A stretch of DNA of 64,000 bases from Camelus dromedarius (taxonomy: Eukaryota): contig NC_087436.1 in NCBI RefSeq assembly GCF_036321535.1, forward strand, positions 80,664,001 to 80,728,000, read 5' to 3'. The notes beneath the pieces are model-generated. The model was not told the origin of the DNA. It saw only the letters and a list, made by a program, of their open reading frames with translations, and searched no databases. The translations under genes were made by a program, and so were the position numbers. Shown piece by piece: positions 48,961 through 62,771 of this stretch (position 1 is the first letter of the stretch; each line of letters opens with the position of its first letter).

Positions 48961-50164
48961 TAACCTCCCGAAAGAGGACCTTTAAAACAAAAATAGAGAA
49001 GAAACTGCAAAGGACTATATTTAATGGCATAATTGACATAAATCAATTATACGTCAGTTCTTGCCATATAATTCACTTAACTTTTACAGCTGTTGTCAGA
49101 GGCAAGCTCCCAGTGGTTTTCTCTCAGTGATAATGTGGTTGCCATAATGTATTAATTAAGTCAACTGCTAGTTTTCTTTGGAGACTTATTAATTGGAAAT
49201 GAAAGACTCAGAGTTATTTGCATTCCTTTTGGGTGCTCTCTCCCTCTCTCTTTGATCTTTGTTCAATCGCTTCTTACTCTCAAGTGCATTTTTCTCGTAG
49301 AGCTCCTTCTGAGATGATGGAATCCTCCAGACCCAGTCCTTGTACCTCTTCTCCACCTCCACTTCCTCATCCAGTCCCCTGGTTGATTCTTCCCATGCTT
49401 TTATGTTCAAACGGTTCTATGTCTTCTACTCTCCCTTTTTATTCTTATAACAAGTAATTAGATTTTGCACCAGTGGGTTTTGGTTCATTTGAATATTTCT
49501 TTGGAATTTAGCGACATGTAGTTATAATTGTCTTATAGTTATCTCTAATGACTTGCCCTTTCACTTCTTCTTTCACTACCCGTGATCAATGCCTCAAACC
49601 TTTATCTTTCTGGATTCCTTAACCCAACCCATACAGTTCTTAGTAGGATATTTTCTCACCTAACCACAGAGAATATAGGTGCTCTTAGGTATGAATTCTC
49701 TCATGTTCTCTGTTTTTTTTAAACTTCAAATTGTATTTAATTCTTATTTAAACTTTCTTCTTTTCCTTTTATAGGAAAGAGGGTTCTGAACCCTTTTCCA
49801 GGTTTAAGCTTTCTTAATCCTTCTTTTAACTCTCTTTTCTACCATCTCATCTCCACAGCTCTTTCCCTTGAGCTCAAATATGCTTTATTTAAATACTGAC
49901 CTTCCTTGTACCAAGTCTTGTCTGCTTTCTTTTAAGCCACTGCCCTAGCTCACCTTCCTCATACCTATTACTGTTCAATCTTTTGAAGAAATCAATACTT
50001 CTGCACTTCTTCATTTCATATTTCTGCATCTTCATTTTTTCTCCAAGTCCTCTCTTATCTTCTAATTATCAAATCCAGTCATTTCTTCTTCATCTTCATA
50101 CCATATGACCTTTTTTCAGCATTTGATTTTGTTGATCCATTCTGTATCTCCAACTTAGACCAGT

Positions 50165-50565
50165 CTAAGCAGTAACAGAGAATGTAGAGGAGGGCCTTAT
50201 TCAGGGGTTCTAACATTGTCACTAGAATCTCTCTACTCTCTTTTCTTCCATTTTGTGGGCTCCATGTGCTGGCAGGTTTGACCACTGACATCTCTAGGCT
50301 TACACTATTCTTCTAGCTAACAATCCTGGGGAAAAAAGAATGTCCATTTTCTGATAACTTTATAGATATCTAAGCTACAATACTTACCCGCCTAGCTTGG
50401 GTTCTAGGATTATTCCTGAATCAATCACTATGGTCAAGGGAAGGGAGGACTGGAATTACCAGGCCTAGATCACATACTCCTAGAATTGGAATTTTGGTTG
50501 AATTTTTCTCTGAGGCACATGGCCTGAGAATGGGAGAGAGATGGACTCCCAAAGAGATACTGAGC
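50165..50565 (-). mobile_element. Old MLT1 (J/M/N-like) MaLR LTR
   Basis: CCTGAATCAATCACTATGGTCAAGGG...CCAGGCCTAGATCACAT...CACATGGCCTGAGAATGGGAGAGAGATGGACTCCCAAAG. Confidence 0.6.
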
Positions 50566-52394
50566 ATCTTCTCTTCCTATTCTTTACATTGTATCGCGGT
50601 GCCATCATGCCCACTGTTGTAACGTCTGTTATCATCTATGTGCTGATACCTTGCTAATCGCATAATACAAATGAGCCTTTCCTGGAAAGCCATTGGAAAA
50701 TTAAATGGAGCTGGGGTTACTGCTCTAACTACAATGGATGGTTCTGATGAGGAATACTCAAGGCAGTGTCCAAAGTGAATGCCACGTTCGTGCATAGTTT
50801 ATAAAGTATTGCTACCAGGATCTGGCAAATGAATTAAATAACTGAGTCGGTAGATGTTAATCAAATCCAGGTGGACAGGACTTTTTTTCCAGTCTCATCA
50901 GGAAGCTCACCTAAGGCAGGTATAAAGCAGGATCTGACCGTGTAGCTGAGGGAAGACTGGCAGGAACCAGATGGAGCATCAGAGCCCTACTCAAGCAGGT
51001 TGGTTTTCTGTATCAGACCCTAGTGCTGGGGACAAACTAGAAAAGTGTATAAATTCATTGGGAAGAGAATAGGATGGTGGCAAGAGGAGTCCAATGTGAA
51101 TGGGCCCAGTACAAGATGGGGATGGGAATGAGAAAAGCAGTGGCTTGGAGTCTACACCTGGGGCTTACTCTTGGATATAATAAGTCCCAGGTCTGGCTGG
51201 AAATATGACTTTGCTATAAACCTAGAATATTGTGAAATCTCAAAGATAGGCTTCTGCCGTACTTCTGTTCCTACCAGCAAATTATGAAAGTAATACAAAC
51301 TCGATGTAGGAAACTTGAGAAGTAAAGGAAAAGAAAGCACCCATCAACCCTGCAATCCAAATACAGTCAGTTCCCTGATGCTAATTTTCAGACAGGTTTG
51401 CTTTCAGTTTACTTGAATGGCTTTTGGACTGACCTACTTTAAGGGAAGAAAGGAGGTTGATAGACTCATAAAACAAAAAATGTTTTTGTTTTAATATTTA
51501 TTTTTACTTAACTTTAATTCTAAAAAAACCAAAAACGAGGCCTCCATCCAGTGCCATTCTTTGAAAGACATTTGCCAGATGATGGCATACTATGAGAAAT
51601 TTCCTTAGAATCATTAATTTAAGTAGAAACAAGACTTTCAAATTGTCTTTTTCAGAGTTGGAATCATTGTACTTGGTATTGTCAAGTTGTGAGACCAAAA
51701 TGTATCACTAGGTGGCATGAGCTGCAAGTTGAAAGGCTGTAGTGTTACCAGATATGAAGTATAATAGCTTATATATACCTGCACCTTTGCTTATTTTTGT
51801 GTGTTGGTGTATTAATCTTGGAAACTCTCACCAAGGAGAATATAAGTATTTTTTGGAGCTTTACTTCTGAACTACTTATAATCAAATGGAAAATAGGCAT
51901 TGAGTTCTTAGTTCAAAAACAATTAAAGAAAAAATAGTTAAAAAAAGAGCAATAGTTTTTATTAATCAAAGTCTTTCAATATTGAGTTAAAAAATTAGGG
52001 GACATTCAGAGGTAAGTAAAGTTTGCCCCTGGCCAAATTGCAGAGTAGTGGATTAATCCCTCTGTGTCTTGTAGGAATCAAAATAGATGACTCTCTACCT
52101 TCCTTATTTGCTTTTGGAAAGTCCCTTCTCCCAGCTGCTGCTCTTCCTGCTGTCTCCAGAGGCCCCACATTCACCACCGTGGGCACTCAGCAAACCACTT
52201 CACTTGTACAGTCATCAAAACATGCCTCTTCTATGTCTCATCCTCTTGGAGTGAGAACTGAGTTCTTTCTATATATTGGCTAATCAAGAAAAAACCCATA
52301 CCCATGTATGAATGGAGAATAGGGTTTAATGGGAGAACTAGCTCAGCTTAGTTTCATTCTCCTTTCTTACATAAAGTGTGTTTTCGTAGAGGTT

Positions 52395-52836
52395 CTATTG
52401 GTCAAGATTTGAACAGGAAACAGAAGGTAGACTCAATGAGGTTAGTGGACAGAACATTAAGAAGTGGTAGGGAACCACCCTGGGACCATTGCCTGCAGTG
52501 AAATGATTACTGCCCTTTGCCATGGAGTAGGGACCTCCCGCAAGGAGCTGTGGACAGAGATAGAAGAATGGAGTCACTATGAATTTGAGGCTCTGGGCTC
52601 TGGCTGCTGCTGCTGCTGCTGGTATGGGTAGGGGGATGGCGAGGATTAAATATTCCTGTTTTTCTTTCCTTTCAGTCTGGTTTCCTGATGTTGCTTCCCA
52701 TTGGGGAGATCTTAATCTGAAGCAGAGGGCAAGGGAGCCTGTGAATGTGGTACACAGAGATCAACATCTCAGGTCACAGAACAAGGCAGAGAAATTGAAA
52801 GTGAATGTGGAGGGGCAAATGAAAGTATCCAGCATA
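52395..52836 (-). mobile_element. LTR33 (ERVL) LTR
   Basis: Reverse complement starts TATGCTGGATACTTTCATTTGCCCCTCCACATTCAC and contains GGCTCCCTTGCCCTCTGCTTC...CCCAATGGGAAGC like LTR33; includes a short (GCT)n run at ~52604-52620. Confidence 0.75.
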
Positions 52837-53949
52837 GGGGACGTGTGAAAACAGTACTTCTTTTTCTAGACAGGGCCTCCAAGTTGGGAAATTCAACTAA
52901 CCAGCTTGTTGGCAAATGGGTCCTTAATGTGTTACTCAGGTCTCACTGTCTGGGCAGATCACTATTCCACAAATATACCTTTTTTTTTTTTCTTGAACTG
53001 TACTTGATAAATATCACAAAACTAATATCGATTTATTCATGATTGCCTTTGTACATCAACAAATAACTAGGTAATTCATTCAGGATATTTGGTTCCCAAA
53101 GGAGATCTTTTTGGAAATACTTTCCTCCACCTTCATTAGTGGTTCTTAGTATATCAAAGAACATAATACCATATATTCCCAGCTTCTGAAAAAGTAGCCT
53201 TGAGGATGCAAATATAAGCACAAGTATGCTTTTTTTAATCACAAAGATTTTACAATTCTAGTTCTTATACAGTATGCCAAATCTTTTCCTGAAGGAAGAA
53301 ACCTTTAGGCCTGAATACGTTACTATATATGTATATATATATATATGGATCCAGGCAATTTCTGCTGTGCTAACTCAAGCTTGCTCAGGTGGCAGTGGAA
53401 CTGTAGTTTGAGCCCCATGATAGGTTAGTTCTTTTTCTCTCCACGAAGGCAAAATAGTTCTGGTACTTTTACAGTGAGAAAATAGTGTGGGTCATGAGAG
53501 GGACTGAAGCAGGGAAGAATTTGCCTTGGACGTCCCCTAGGATTGATTCAGAAGATTCCACAAAGGATTGAGCCCCAGCACGGTTCAGTATTCTGCATAC
53601 AAAAGACAGTTCTGCTCTACTGGGTCTTGAATAGAAATGATTAAAACACAAAGTGGATTTTCTTGTTTCTTTTTCCCTGGCCCAGATTGTTTTTCTCTGA
53701 GAAAAGGTTAGCATGCCCCCAGAGAGTCTGGTCGCAAAGATTTAGAAATGCTTCACCAACCCAGACTGATTACTAGTTTACTGAGGAGACATTTTACAAA
53801 TAATTAGGATTTTGGTCACCCTCTGACTTAGACCCTTAGATTGTCCCGGTACTTAGCACCAGATTGCTAAGCATCTGAGGTAAAACTAGGCCATGCTTGG
53901 CAAACATTCTCCAGGCAAATGTATGTAAACCCACTGGCCCAGTTACCTA

Positions 53950-54550
53950 AGAGCCACAAACGATTCTCAGTTAATACATTCTCCTCAGATTCAGACACAC
54001 CTGCTTCATAACCTACTTTTCTAATCTCCTTCCCAGAGAATGCCACTGCAGTGTAATCCTGCATGTCACCTTCTTCCTTACTTCTTGGTAGACCGTTTGT
54101 TTCCCTTGACTTCTTCGAGACGGCTGGAACACAGTCTTTCCTCTCCATGCTCTTTGCCACTGCCCTTAGGTCAGATCACCCTTTCTCCACATGGGTCCTG
54201 TGTTCTGGTCACACTGAATTATTTGTTCTTCTCCAAACTAGCCATAGACGCTCCTACTTCTGTGTTGGCCTCTTAATCTTTTCATCTTACCTGCTTTCAT
54301 TAATTAGCTCTAATGTCAGTTCCTCTGTGATATGAAGCCATGACTGAATGAGCTTCTTCATCTTAGTTTCTGTAGTGCTTTGTACATTTTTCTAATAAGT
54401 TATAGCAACTACTGTTGCTCTATACTTGCTTGTTTCTATATGTGTCTTCTGAAAATTTCAAAACTCTTTGAGAGTTAGGACTTTGTCTTAATATCTAAAT
54501 ATTTCTAATAATAATAATAATCTGCATTGAATAAATGTGAATTGCTAAAC
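53950..54550 (+). mobile_element. L2 3' region
   Basis: CTGTGTTCTGGTCACACTGAATTATTTGTTCTTCTCCAAAC...CTTTGAGAGTTAGGACTTTGTCTTA...TTGAATAAATG. Confidence 0.55.
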
Positions 54551-55504
54551 AAATAGTTCTGTGTGGTATATAGGACCATCCCCTTGTCATGGAGATGAAA
54601 CACTATATTCTGTTGGTGAGATCTGTTCAAATGGCCCCACCTAACAGAGGGGAGGCTAGAAAGTACAGTCCAGCTGTTGTCTCATGTTTGGTGAATAGCT
54701 GGCTTGTCTGCCATAGGAACTGTGTTATTGGGAGGATACATATTTGGACACATTGGATGCTCCTTTATAATAAAAAATTTATCATTAGGTAGTGAATCCT
54801 GATTATTCTTTTTGCCTTAAGGTCTGTCTTTGTCTGATATTAACATAGCCATACTAGATTTCCTGCAGCATTACTGAACAGTCATATTTACTCTAGCTTG
54901 ATAATAAAAGTTGCCATCTTGTGGAGAATTTCTCTCTGATTCATCCAGTGTAGCCTTAACATGTAAGGGTCTAGGTTCCAGGACATATCCTTAGGGCAGA
55001 AGTACCAATTTATTACACTGAATTCCTGCTTCTTCTTCATTCTGTGACCTCTGAGAATTTCCTTTACTTTTTGGATTCTTAGCTTTGTGTTGAAAAGAAT
55101 CTTTATTGCAAGTCATCTTGCATTGGTGTTTGATCTGGAAGGATTTTTCAGGATATCTTGTTCTCCATATTGCTAGAGGGCAAAGCCTCCTTTACTTGGC
55201 AAGGAGAAATAACCTGCTTTAAAGAACATTTCCAGATTTTAAGAGGAAATACTACTCTAAAATTTTTGTGTGAATATGAACAGGGAGAGGCAAATGGAGA
55301 GGAGAAGTTCAGTTTTATAACTTATCCCCATCATCATGCAATCAATTATTCTTGGGTCTTGATAGGCAACATGAATTAAAACACTACCTCTAGCATGGGA
55401 TGGTTTCATAGAGATATTTTAGTAGCCTACCATGACTTTTTTTGTCTATAACAAATCCTTAGTAAATTCTTCTTGGTTGACTAACTGGTGGTAGTATCTC
55501 AGAA

Positions 55505-55750
55505 AACAACATTTAAAAACATTTATATAGTCCTTACCATGTGCCAGACACTACTTTATATGGTTTATAAATATTAGCTCATTTAATATTCATACAACTC
55601 AGTGAAGTTGGTAGTGTTATAACGGATGGATTGACTAAGACATGGAGTAATAAATTAGGGTGTTTAATGTCAACAGCTGGTAAGTGGTGGAGCAAGGATT
55701 TGGGTTCAGACAGCTTAGCTCCAGAGTCAGCACTTTTAACCACAGTACTA
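55505..55750 (-). mobile_element. MIR SINE
   Basis: ACATTTATATAGTCCTTACCATGTGCCAGACACT...CTCATTTAATATTCATACAACTC...GTAAGTGGTGGAGCAAGGATTTGGGTTCAGACAG...CTCCAGAGTC. Confidence 0.75.
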
Positions 55751-58700
55751 TGTATAATTCAGCTCACATTTCTATGAAGTTTGTTGTCTATCACAGATGA
55801 TTAGAAGTCGTAATGATAAAACATGATAGTAAACCCTGAAGAGAGAAATAGAAAATCATCTAAAGTTATTTCACTACCTATATTTGGCATAGTTTATAAT
55901 AATTTGGTAGTGAGATGTCAAATTATAAGCATGATTTAGAAGTGGACTATAGCATGTCCATATTATATTTTATTCATTCAACATTTTTGGGTGCCAATTA
56001 TGTAGCAAGTGTTTTACTACATGCTGAGACTAAAAATATGAAAAATATATGTCCTTCCTCCTTCAATTCTCACTTCTAGAATTTAACAGAAATGGGTTCC
56101 ATTGAACAGAGGTACACTCTGTAGGAACTTTCTTAGGTAAGAACAGTTAGGAGTGGGACGTGTAAGAGAAAAAGGTGAAAATATGTAAAAGAAAGAAATA
56201 CATAAAAAGAAGTAAGCAGGAAGATGGATTGTTATGACCATTTTGCTGACGTGTTCCTATTTTACCTGTATGAGTTGCCTATTTCTGTGTTTCTGGGAAA
56301 ATGCCCAAGGAGTTTTTTCCCCCTCTGCCTTGAACATTGCAGATAAGATATGGATGTGATAAGTAATTTTGAACACGTTAATTTCCTTCCCCCTTCGTGA
56401 GGAAGGAAAAAGAAGATGACACTTCTCAGAGTTCACTAATTGTCATTTTTCCTGGAATATGAAACAGGGAAAGGCAGAACTGCAAAGGGTTATAAGGTGA
56501 TAAGCAAACGACTATCTGCAGTGTGACTGTGGCTGCTATGACTTCTCTTTCCTGTGCAGTAATCAGTTTGTATGTAACCACGAACAATTTGTGCTTAGGC
56601 ACTTTTCACCACCTAATTCTCAGAACTATGAAATGAAAGCGACACCAAGAGGAAGTCTAAAGTACGAAAACCAAAGTTGATAATTAAATATAGTTTCTCT
56701 GAATTTTTAAGTTATTGTTCAGTTGCAAATTTTGTATTTTTGTATTGCTTTGTGAATACTTTCAAGTCATGTAACCACACAGTATGCTCATTATATAGAA
56801 CTGGCTTTACTGGTCCACAAGCAGTAATAAAATTTCTTGGATTCCTCTTCCAGTGGGGGATGGCTCTACACTACTCTTTTGATTCATTCTCTTTATCCTG
56901 GCTCTCTTTCCCTTGGTGACACATACCATATACAAGATCATTATGTGATATTCTGGTGAGATAAAACATTTATGTAAATTGATTTAATTAGAGAACATGA
57001 TTATGTTATTGATTTTTGTACTAAGAAAAATGTGTTTAGCATTGCATTTGTTATATGTCACATTAGAAACCACATAGAAAACTTTCAGGAAAATGGAGAA
57101 AAGAATTAGGCCAAAGCTTTCAAAGAAATATATATCAAAATAGCAATTCTTAAGGGGATATTAGTAACAAGCTTTATAGGTGAGATGAAGCAGAAAGATC
57201 AGTAGCATCTTAATAATCAGGACCACAAATGGAAGTCAGGTACACATCATGATAAAAGCATTTCAAAGGGATGGGAAGCTATCCCACTTGGAGCTTTGTG
57301 CATGATTCTGAACCTCATATGACAGGAATGGTAACGAAGCATCAATAAAGACAGCAATGATGATAAAAGATCTTTAGGTCATTGCTCCGTGTGGAAACTA
57401 AGAAAACGAGGTCAGTGTTCATTCCTGAGAAGGAAATGAAAGGTGAACACGACTAGTGCAGATGAAGTTTGGAGTATAAAAATGGCATATGAAAGGAAAC
57501 GCTCCAAGGGTATAATAGTTCAAAAGCAAAAGGGCATGAAATAGAGTAAGGAAGGGACTGATGTTTAAGGAATGTTATGAAGGGAGTGCAATTCAGATGT
57601 GGAGATAATGCCAAAGGGCCATGGAATTTTCCATTTAGGAAGACAGAATTTATTAGATAGGTAATATCATGGAACAAATTGGAAGGTGCTGTGAGTATGA
57701 CCCGGATGTTCTTTTATGAGTAAATTTCGTTTTATATCTTTGAGTATATCTCAGAGTTTGCTCAGGGGTAGAAGATCACATCTATTGGGCAGTTTGTTAT
57801 GTGCTTCATTTCAATTCATTACAGACAATCAATTATTATAGATATGAAATTATATTTTGAAGTTTTTCTTTACAAGCACATTTATATGCTGGTATAAAAA
57901 CCTGTCAGTGTAGAAAGCTGTATCTTACTGTGTAATGAATAGGAAGAGGCATATAGGGGCTACTCAGTGAGATCTGGGTGGAGACTGAGGTCAGTTTATT
58001 CCGATTCAGTAATACTGCGTGTACTTGAAACTTGTATGTCCCAGAGTTACTCCAGCTTAAGGGAAAAAAAATGTACTTGTATTAATTACAGTAAATTATG
58101 CTTTTTTTTCTGGATATTTTACTATTTCATTGTTTCTGTTACCTTTTGTATCTTTTCTATACATTTCTGGAGGTGTCTCTGGTGACCTCACAGATGCTCC
58201 TTTTTAACTGTTGATACCTATGTAAAGTCATTTTGCTAGCTGCTTCTGGTTTCCACAGCCTCCTACTGGGTGGGCACCAGCAATAAGTGCCAGTCCTGCC
58301 CTGGGACGTCCTAAGGCAGCACCGTGCTATGTGAGACCTCGGTGACGTGTGGGGCCCTCAGCCACACGCAGCTTCCCTCTGCCGAGGAGGGAGGCTGTCT
58401 CTCCTGTGTTGGGTTTATTTTGGTCACGTGGATATCAAACTGGTGCTGCTTGGTCTGGGTGCCTCAGAGGTTTTAGTGAAAGGAACACACATTAACTTAG
58501 ACGTAGCCAGGACTGAGTCAAGGCATCAGGGCAGACAGCTTGTGACATACACTCTGTTTTCTCTTTGCCAGTGACTAAGCTTTTGCTCTTGGGCCAAGTC
58601 ATTGATGTTCTTTGAACATACTCCTTCCCAAAGGGCTTGCTTCTCAGTCCTGAATGCAAATGGATTTCTATATTTCCTTCCTTCACCCATTTCCCCAAGT

Positions 58701-59689
58701 CCGTCAGAACATTTAGTTGTGCCTGAAGACCGGAAATGAACCACTCAGGTAAGAGCTGGGAGATGGGGGTTGAATGAGGAATCTTAAAAACAACAAATAG
58801 ACAATAAGGAGGAGAAGGGGTAGAGAAGTAGAAGGAGAAAGAGAAAAGGGCAAAAAAAAAAAGTGAAAATTAAAAGCAAAGAATAAACCAGTCTCCCACT
58901 CTGTTGTCCTCCCTTGCTCCATACTTCTCCTTCACTCATACTCTGACTCTGATGTACTCTGACTCTGATGTTTCTTAGTGTAATAGTTAACATTTCCCTT
59001 CCATTGGTATCAAAGTCTGACGTTTGTTGTCAGATAGGATCAATTAGATCCCATGAAAATCTTTGCATTTTACACTTTAGATAATAAATGCAATTTCATG
59101 GTTAAATGAGTTCATTTTTAAGCAGTGACCACCTTACAGGCATCCAGATTGATTCTCTTTTTATTTCTGAGAGAATGCCAGAAGTGCACCCCTTTGGTTA
59201 CTGAAGAGAAAGAAATTCTCTTTATAGCTTTTTCCAATTCTCATTACTACCCGCTTTATGCCATAATATTTTTGTTGGTGGCTAGCTGCATCTTTGTAAT
59301 ATAATTATCCATGGCATAAAATTTTTTCCTTGGAAGGTAACTTGCCATTTCAACCTAGTCGAGCAGATCATTTCACAGATGTTTTAGTGACATCAACAAG
59401 GCTGTGGGCCACCGAACACTGGCAGGACCTGCTGTGTGGACTTCGATTCCTTTGATCTCTGGAAGGTAGGGCTGCACAACCTCACAGGCAAGGTGACACA
59501 AGCCTCCAATACCAGGACCCAAGCAATTTTGATGGCTAGAATAACTTTCTGTTCTCAAAGAGTAAAAGTGTGTCATGTTCATTTGCTAATGCCCTTAGCT
59601 GCAGAGTCAACATTGTAAAGCAAAGTCAAGAAGGCAAGTTTGTATGGCATTGTTAAAGCCTGCTGGAGAATTTAAGGTAGTCTAGTTTT

Positions 59690-61520
59690 AAAACTGAGGT
59701 AATTACAATTCACATGCAGTTGTAGTAAATGATACAGAGTGATCTCTTGTGTACTTTGCCTAGTTTCCCCCAGTGGTAACAACTGTAGTGTATAACAGCC
59801 AAGATGTTGACATGGACACAACTGGACATAGTCCAGTTTTACTTGGACTAGCACTTGTATTGAATGAATGTGTGTATATCAACTTCTGTATAGTTCTTTC
59901 ACTTTGTAGGTTCATGTGTCCACCACCATAGTCAAGACACTGAACAGTTCCAACATCACAAAGATCCCTCACATTGTCCCTTTATAACCACACCCACCTC
60001 CCTCCTGCCCCGACATCCTCTTTAAACAACCACTAGTCTGTTCCTCATTTTTGTATTTTGCCATTTAAATAATGTTATATAAATGGAATCATACACTAGG
60101 TAGCCTTTTAAAAAGTAGACTTTCTTGTTTAGAGCAGTTTCAGATTCACAGCAAAATGGAGCAGAAAATACCAAGAGTTTCCATTTACCCCTTGCCCCAG
60201 TACATGCATAGCCTCCCCCATTACCAACATCCCCTACTGGAGTGGCACATGTATTACCATCCATGAACCTGCATCATCACATCATTATCACCCAAAGCCC
60301 ATGGCTTATATGTAAGTCCATAGTTTTTGTGTTTTACACAGCATTCACTTTTGGTGTGGCACAGTCTATGGGTTTGGACAAACGTATGTGTCATAGTATC
60401 ACATAAAGTAGCTTCACTGTCCCCCAAAGCCTCTGTGCCCTGCATTTTCATCCCTTCCTTTCCCCACCTCCTGCAACCACAGATCCTTTTGCTGTCTCCA
60501 TGGTTCTGCCTTTCCCAGAGTGTTACAGAGTTGGAATCGTACATATCATAGTTGGATTTTGGAATTGGGTTTTTTTTTTTTCACACAGTATAATTTGTTG
60601 GAGATTCATCCAGGTTGTTGAATGTATGCACGGTTTCTTCTTTTTTTTTTTTTTTTTAATTTCTGGTAGTATCCCACAATTTATTTAGCCTTTCATTTGT
60701 TGAGGAACGTCTGGGCTGGCGCCAGTTTTGGGCTATTACAAATAAAGCTGCTAGGCACATCATATACAGGTTTTTGTGCAAATGTAAATTTTCCTTTCTC
60801 TGGGATAAAGGCCTAGGAGTACAATTGTTGGGTTGTATGGTAGCTGAGTGTTTAGTTTATAAGGAGCTGCCAAATTGCTTTTCAGAATGGCTGTGTCATT
60901 TTACAGTCCTGCCAGCTAGGTATGAATGATCTGGTTTCTGAACACAGTCTTGCTAGCCTTTGGTGCTGTCTCTTTTTTATTTTACCCATTGTGATAGGTG
61001 TGTTGTGAAATGACATTGTGGTTTTGATTTGTATTTCCCTAATGGCTGATGATGCTGAATGTCTTTTCATGTGCTTTTCTGCCATCTGTATATCCTCTTC
61101 ACATGGGCTTTCATAGAGCAAAATTTTAAATTTTGATGAGATCCAATTTATTAGTTTTTCTTCTCAGGGATAATGCTTTTGGCACCAATTCTAAGAACTC
61201 TATCTCTAGATTCTGAAGAATTACTGTGTATTTTTTTCCTAGAAGCTTTACAATTTCAAGTGTTACATTTAAGTCTATGATCTACTTTGAATTAATTTTT
61301 ATATACTACATACTTTGAGTTAATTTTTGTGTAAGGTATAACATTTAAATCAAGATTTATTTTTCTTTGCCTATGGATGAACAAATGCTGCATAATCATT
61401 TGTTGAAAAGGCTATCAATTGAATTACTCTTGTAGCTTTGTCAAAAATCACATAAGCATATTTATGTGTCTATTTTTGGATCCTTTATTTTGTTTCATTG
61501 ATCTATGTGTTTATTACTAA
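59690..61520 (-). mobile_element. Two stacked old L1M (MB/MC-class) 3' ends with ORF2 C-terminal remnant
   Basis: First 3' UTR ~59690-60105; second L1MC1-like end TTTAGAGCAGTTTCAGATTCACAGCAAAA from ~60110; ORF 60882-61121 reads EEDIQMAEKHMKR...IREIQIKTTM. Confidence 0.8.
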
Positions 61521-61679
61521 GATAGTCAATTTTGTGATCTAATTTGATGAGTGCATGCACTTTAAATGAATTCACTATGACTGATTATTAAGGTCAATAA
61601 TTTATGGTCATTCCAGATTTTTCATGTTTTTAAAAACTAAACTGGTGAATTCAAAAGCTGAGAAAATGAAAATAACTGA

Positions 61680-61890
61680 AATTTACTGGAGGTGTATTAT
61701 TTGTCAGAAACTACTCTAAGTAATTTTTTTTCTGTATTATTTAAGTTGCATATTGACCTTAAGCTGTAGGTGCTGTCCTTACTTTATAGATGAAAAAGCT
61801 GAAGCACAGAGGAGTTAAAGGTTCTACAGCTCTTAAGTCAGAATATGCCCTATGACTCTGGAGATGATTGTTATTCACAGTGCTAGACAA
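61680..61890 (-). mobile_element. MIR SINE
   Basis: CTTTATAGATGAAAAAGCTGAAGCACAGAGGAGTTAAAGG. Confidence 0.55.
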
Positions 61891-62571
61891 GTTCTTACAG
61901 AGGGTGCATATTTTACCTTGTAGAAGCCCAGGTAATATTGCTAATGAAATCTATCTTTTAATGCCATTATGAAAATTTGCACCTATATTTTGCCAACAAG
62001 CTGACCGACTATAAGAATAAGAATATAGTTTAAAAACAAAATATGACTACCTAAACAATTTTCTGAAAGACATCTTTGAATGATATTTTACAAACTTTGT
62101 TTACTTTCTGTTGCTACTTGGTGGCCTTTATTTTGATAATATCCACCTTATTTTTGTATTAATTATAATCAAAGGCATGGACAAAGGTTACTATCTTTAG
62201 GACGCTAGACAGTGTGTATTGACCTACTATGCTTTCTCCATGGTTTCATTTAAATTAAACCTTGTTTGCATAGAAATTGTTGCGTTAATCTTTTTGTAGA
62301 TGAGGTGAGATTTTTCTAACTGTGAAAAGAAAAATGACTTTTCATGAAGCCCTTCCCACTTGGGTGTTTAATGAAAAATTTGTGAAGCTCTTGAAATGTA
62401 TTCAATGAAAAGCCTTTATCAATATTATGAAAGAATTATTTAAAAAATAACTGTTTTACTGACTATTTTTGTTACTTTCTTATCGTTACTGTAGTATTTT
62501 CTTTCATGTAGTATTGTACTTTCATGGTGGTATTGACACCTGGCATTTTTCTCTTATGACATACTAGTGGT

Positions 62572-62770
62572 TGTGGTAGGCCAAATAATGGCCCCGCCGA
62601 AGATATCCATGTCCTAATCCCTGGAACCTGTGACTGTTACCTTATATGGTAAAAAGGATTTTGCAGATGTGGTTAAGTTACGGATCTGGAGATGGGAAGA
62701 TCACCTTGGATTATGTGGGTAGGCCCCAAATGTAATCACGGGAGACCTCATAGGAAGAAAGCAGAGAGAG
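62572..62770 (+). mobile_element. MLT1C/D MaLR LTR 5' part, interrupted by L1
   Basis: TGTGGTAGGCCAAATAATGGCCCC...GTCCTAATCCCTGGAACCTGTGACTGTTACCTTATATGGTAAAAAGGATTTTGCAGATGTGGTTAAG. Confidence 0.85.
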
Positions 62771-62771
62771 T

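Noticed and set aside
50900..51340. Possible further minus-strand exons (donors near 50910 and 51168)
   Set aside because: Splice signals are plausible but the peptides are unrecognisable and phase support is weak; too speculative to call
58939..58970. 16-bp tandem duplication TACTCTGACTCTGATG x2
   Set aside because: Ordinary slippage duplication; two units with no spacers, not CRISPR-like
61915..62030. Minus-strand segment with good acceptor and AAG|GTAAAA donor
   Set aside because: Stops in all three frames, so it cannot be an internal coding exon
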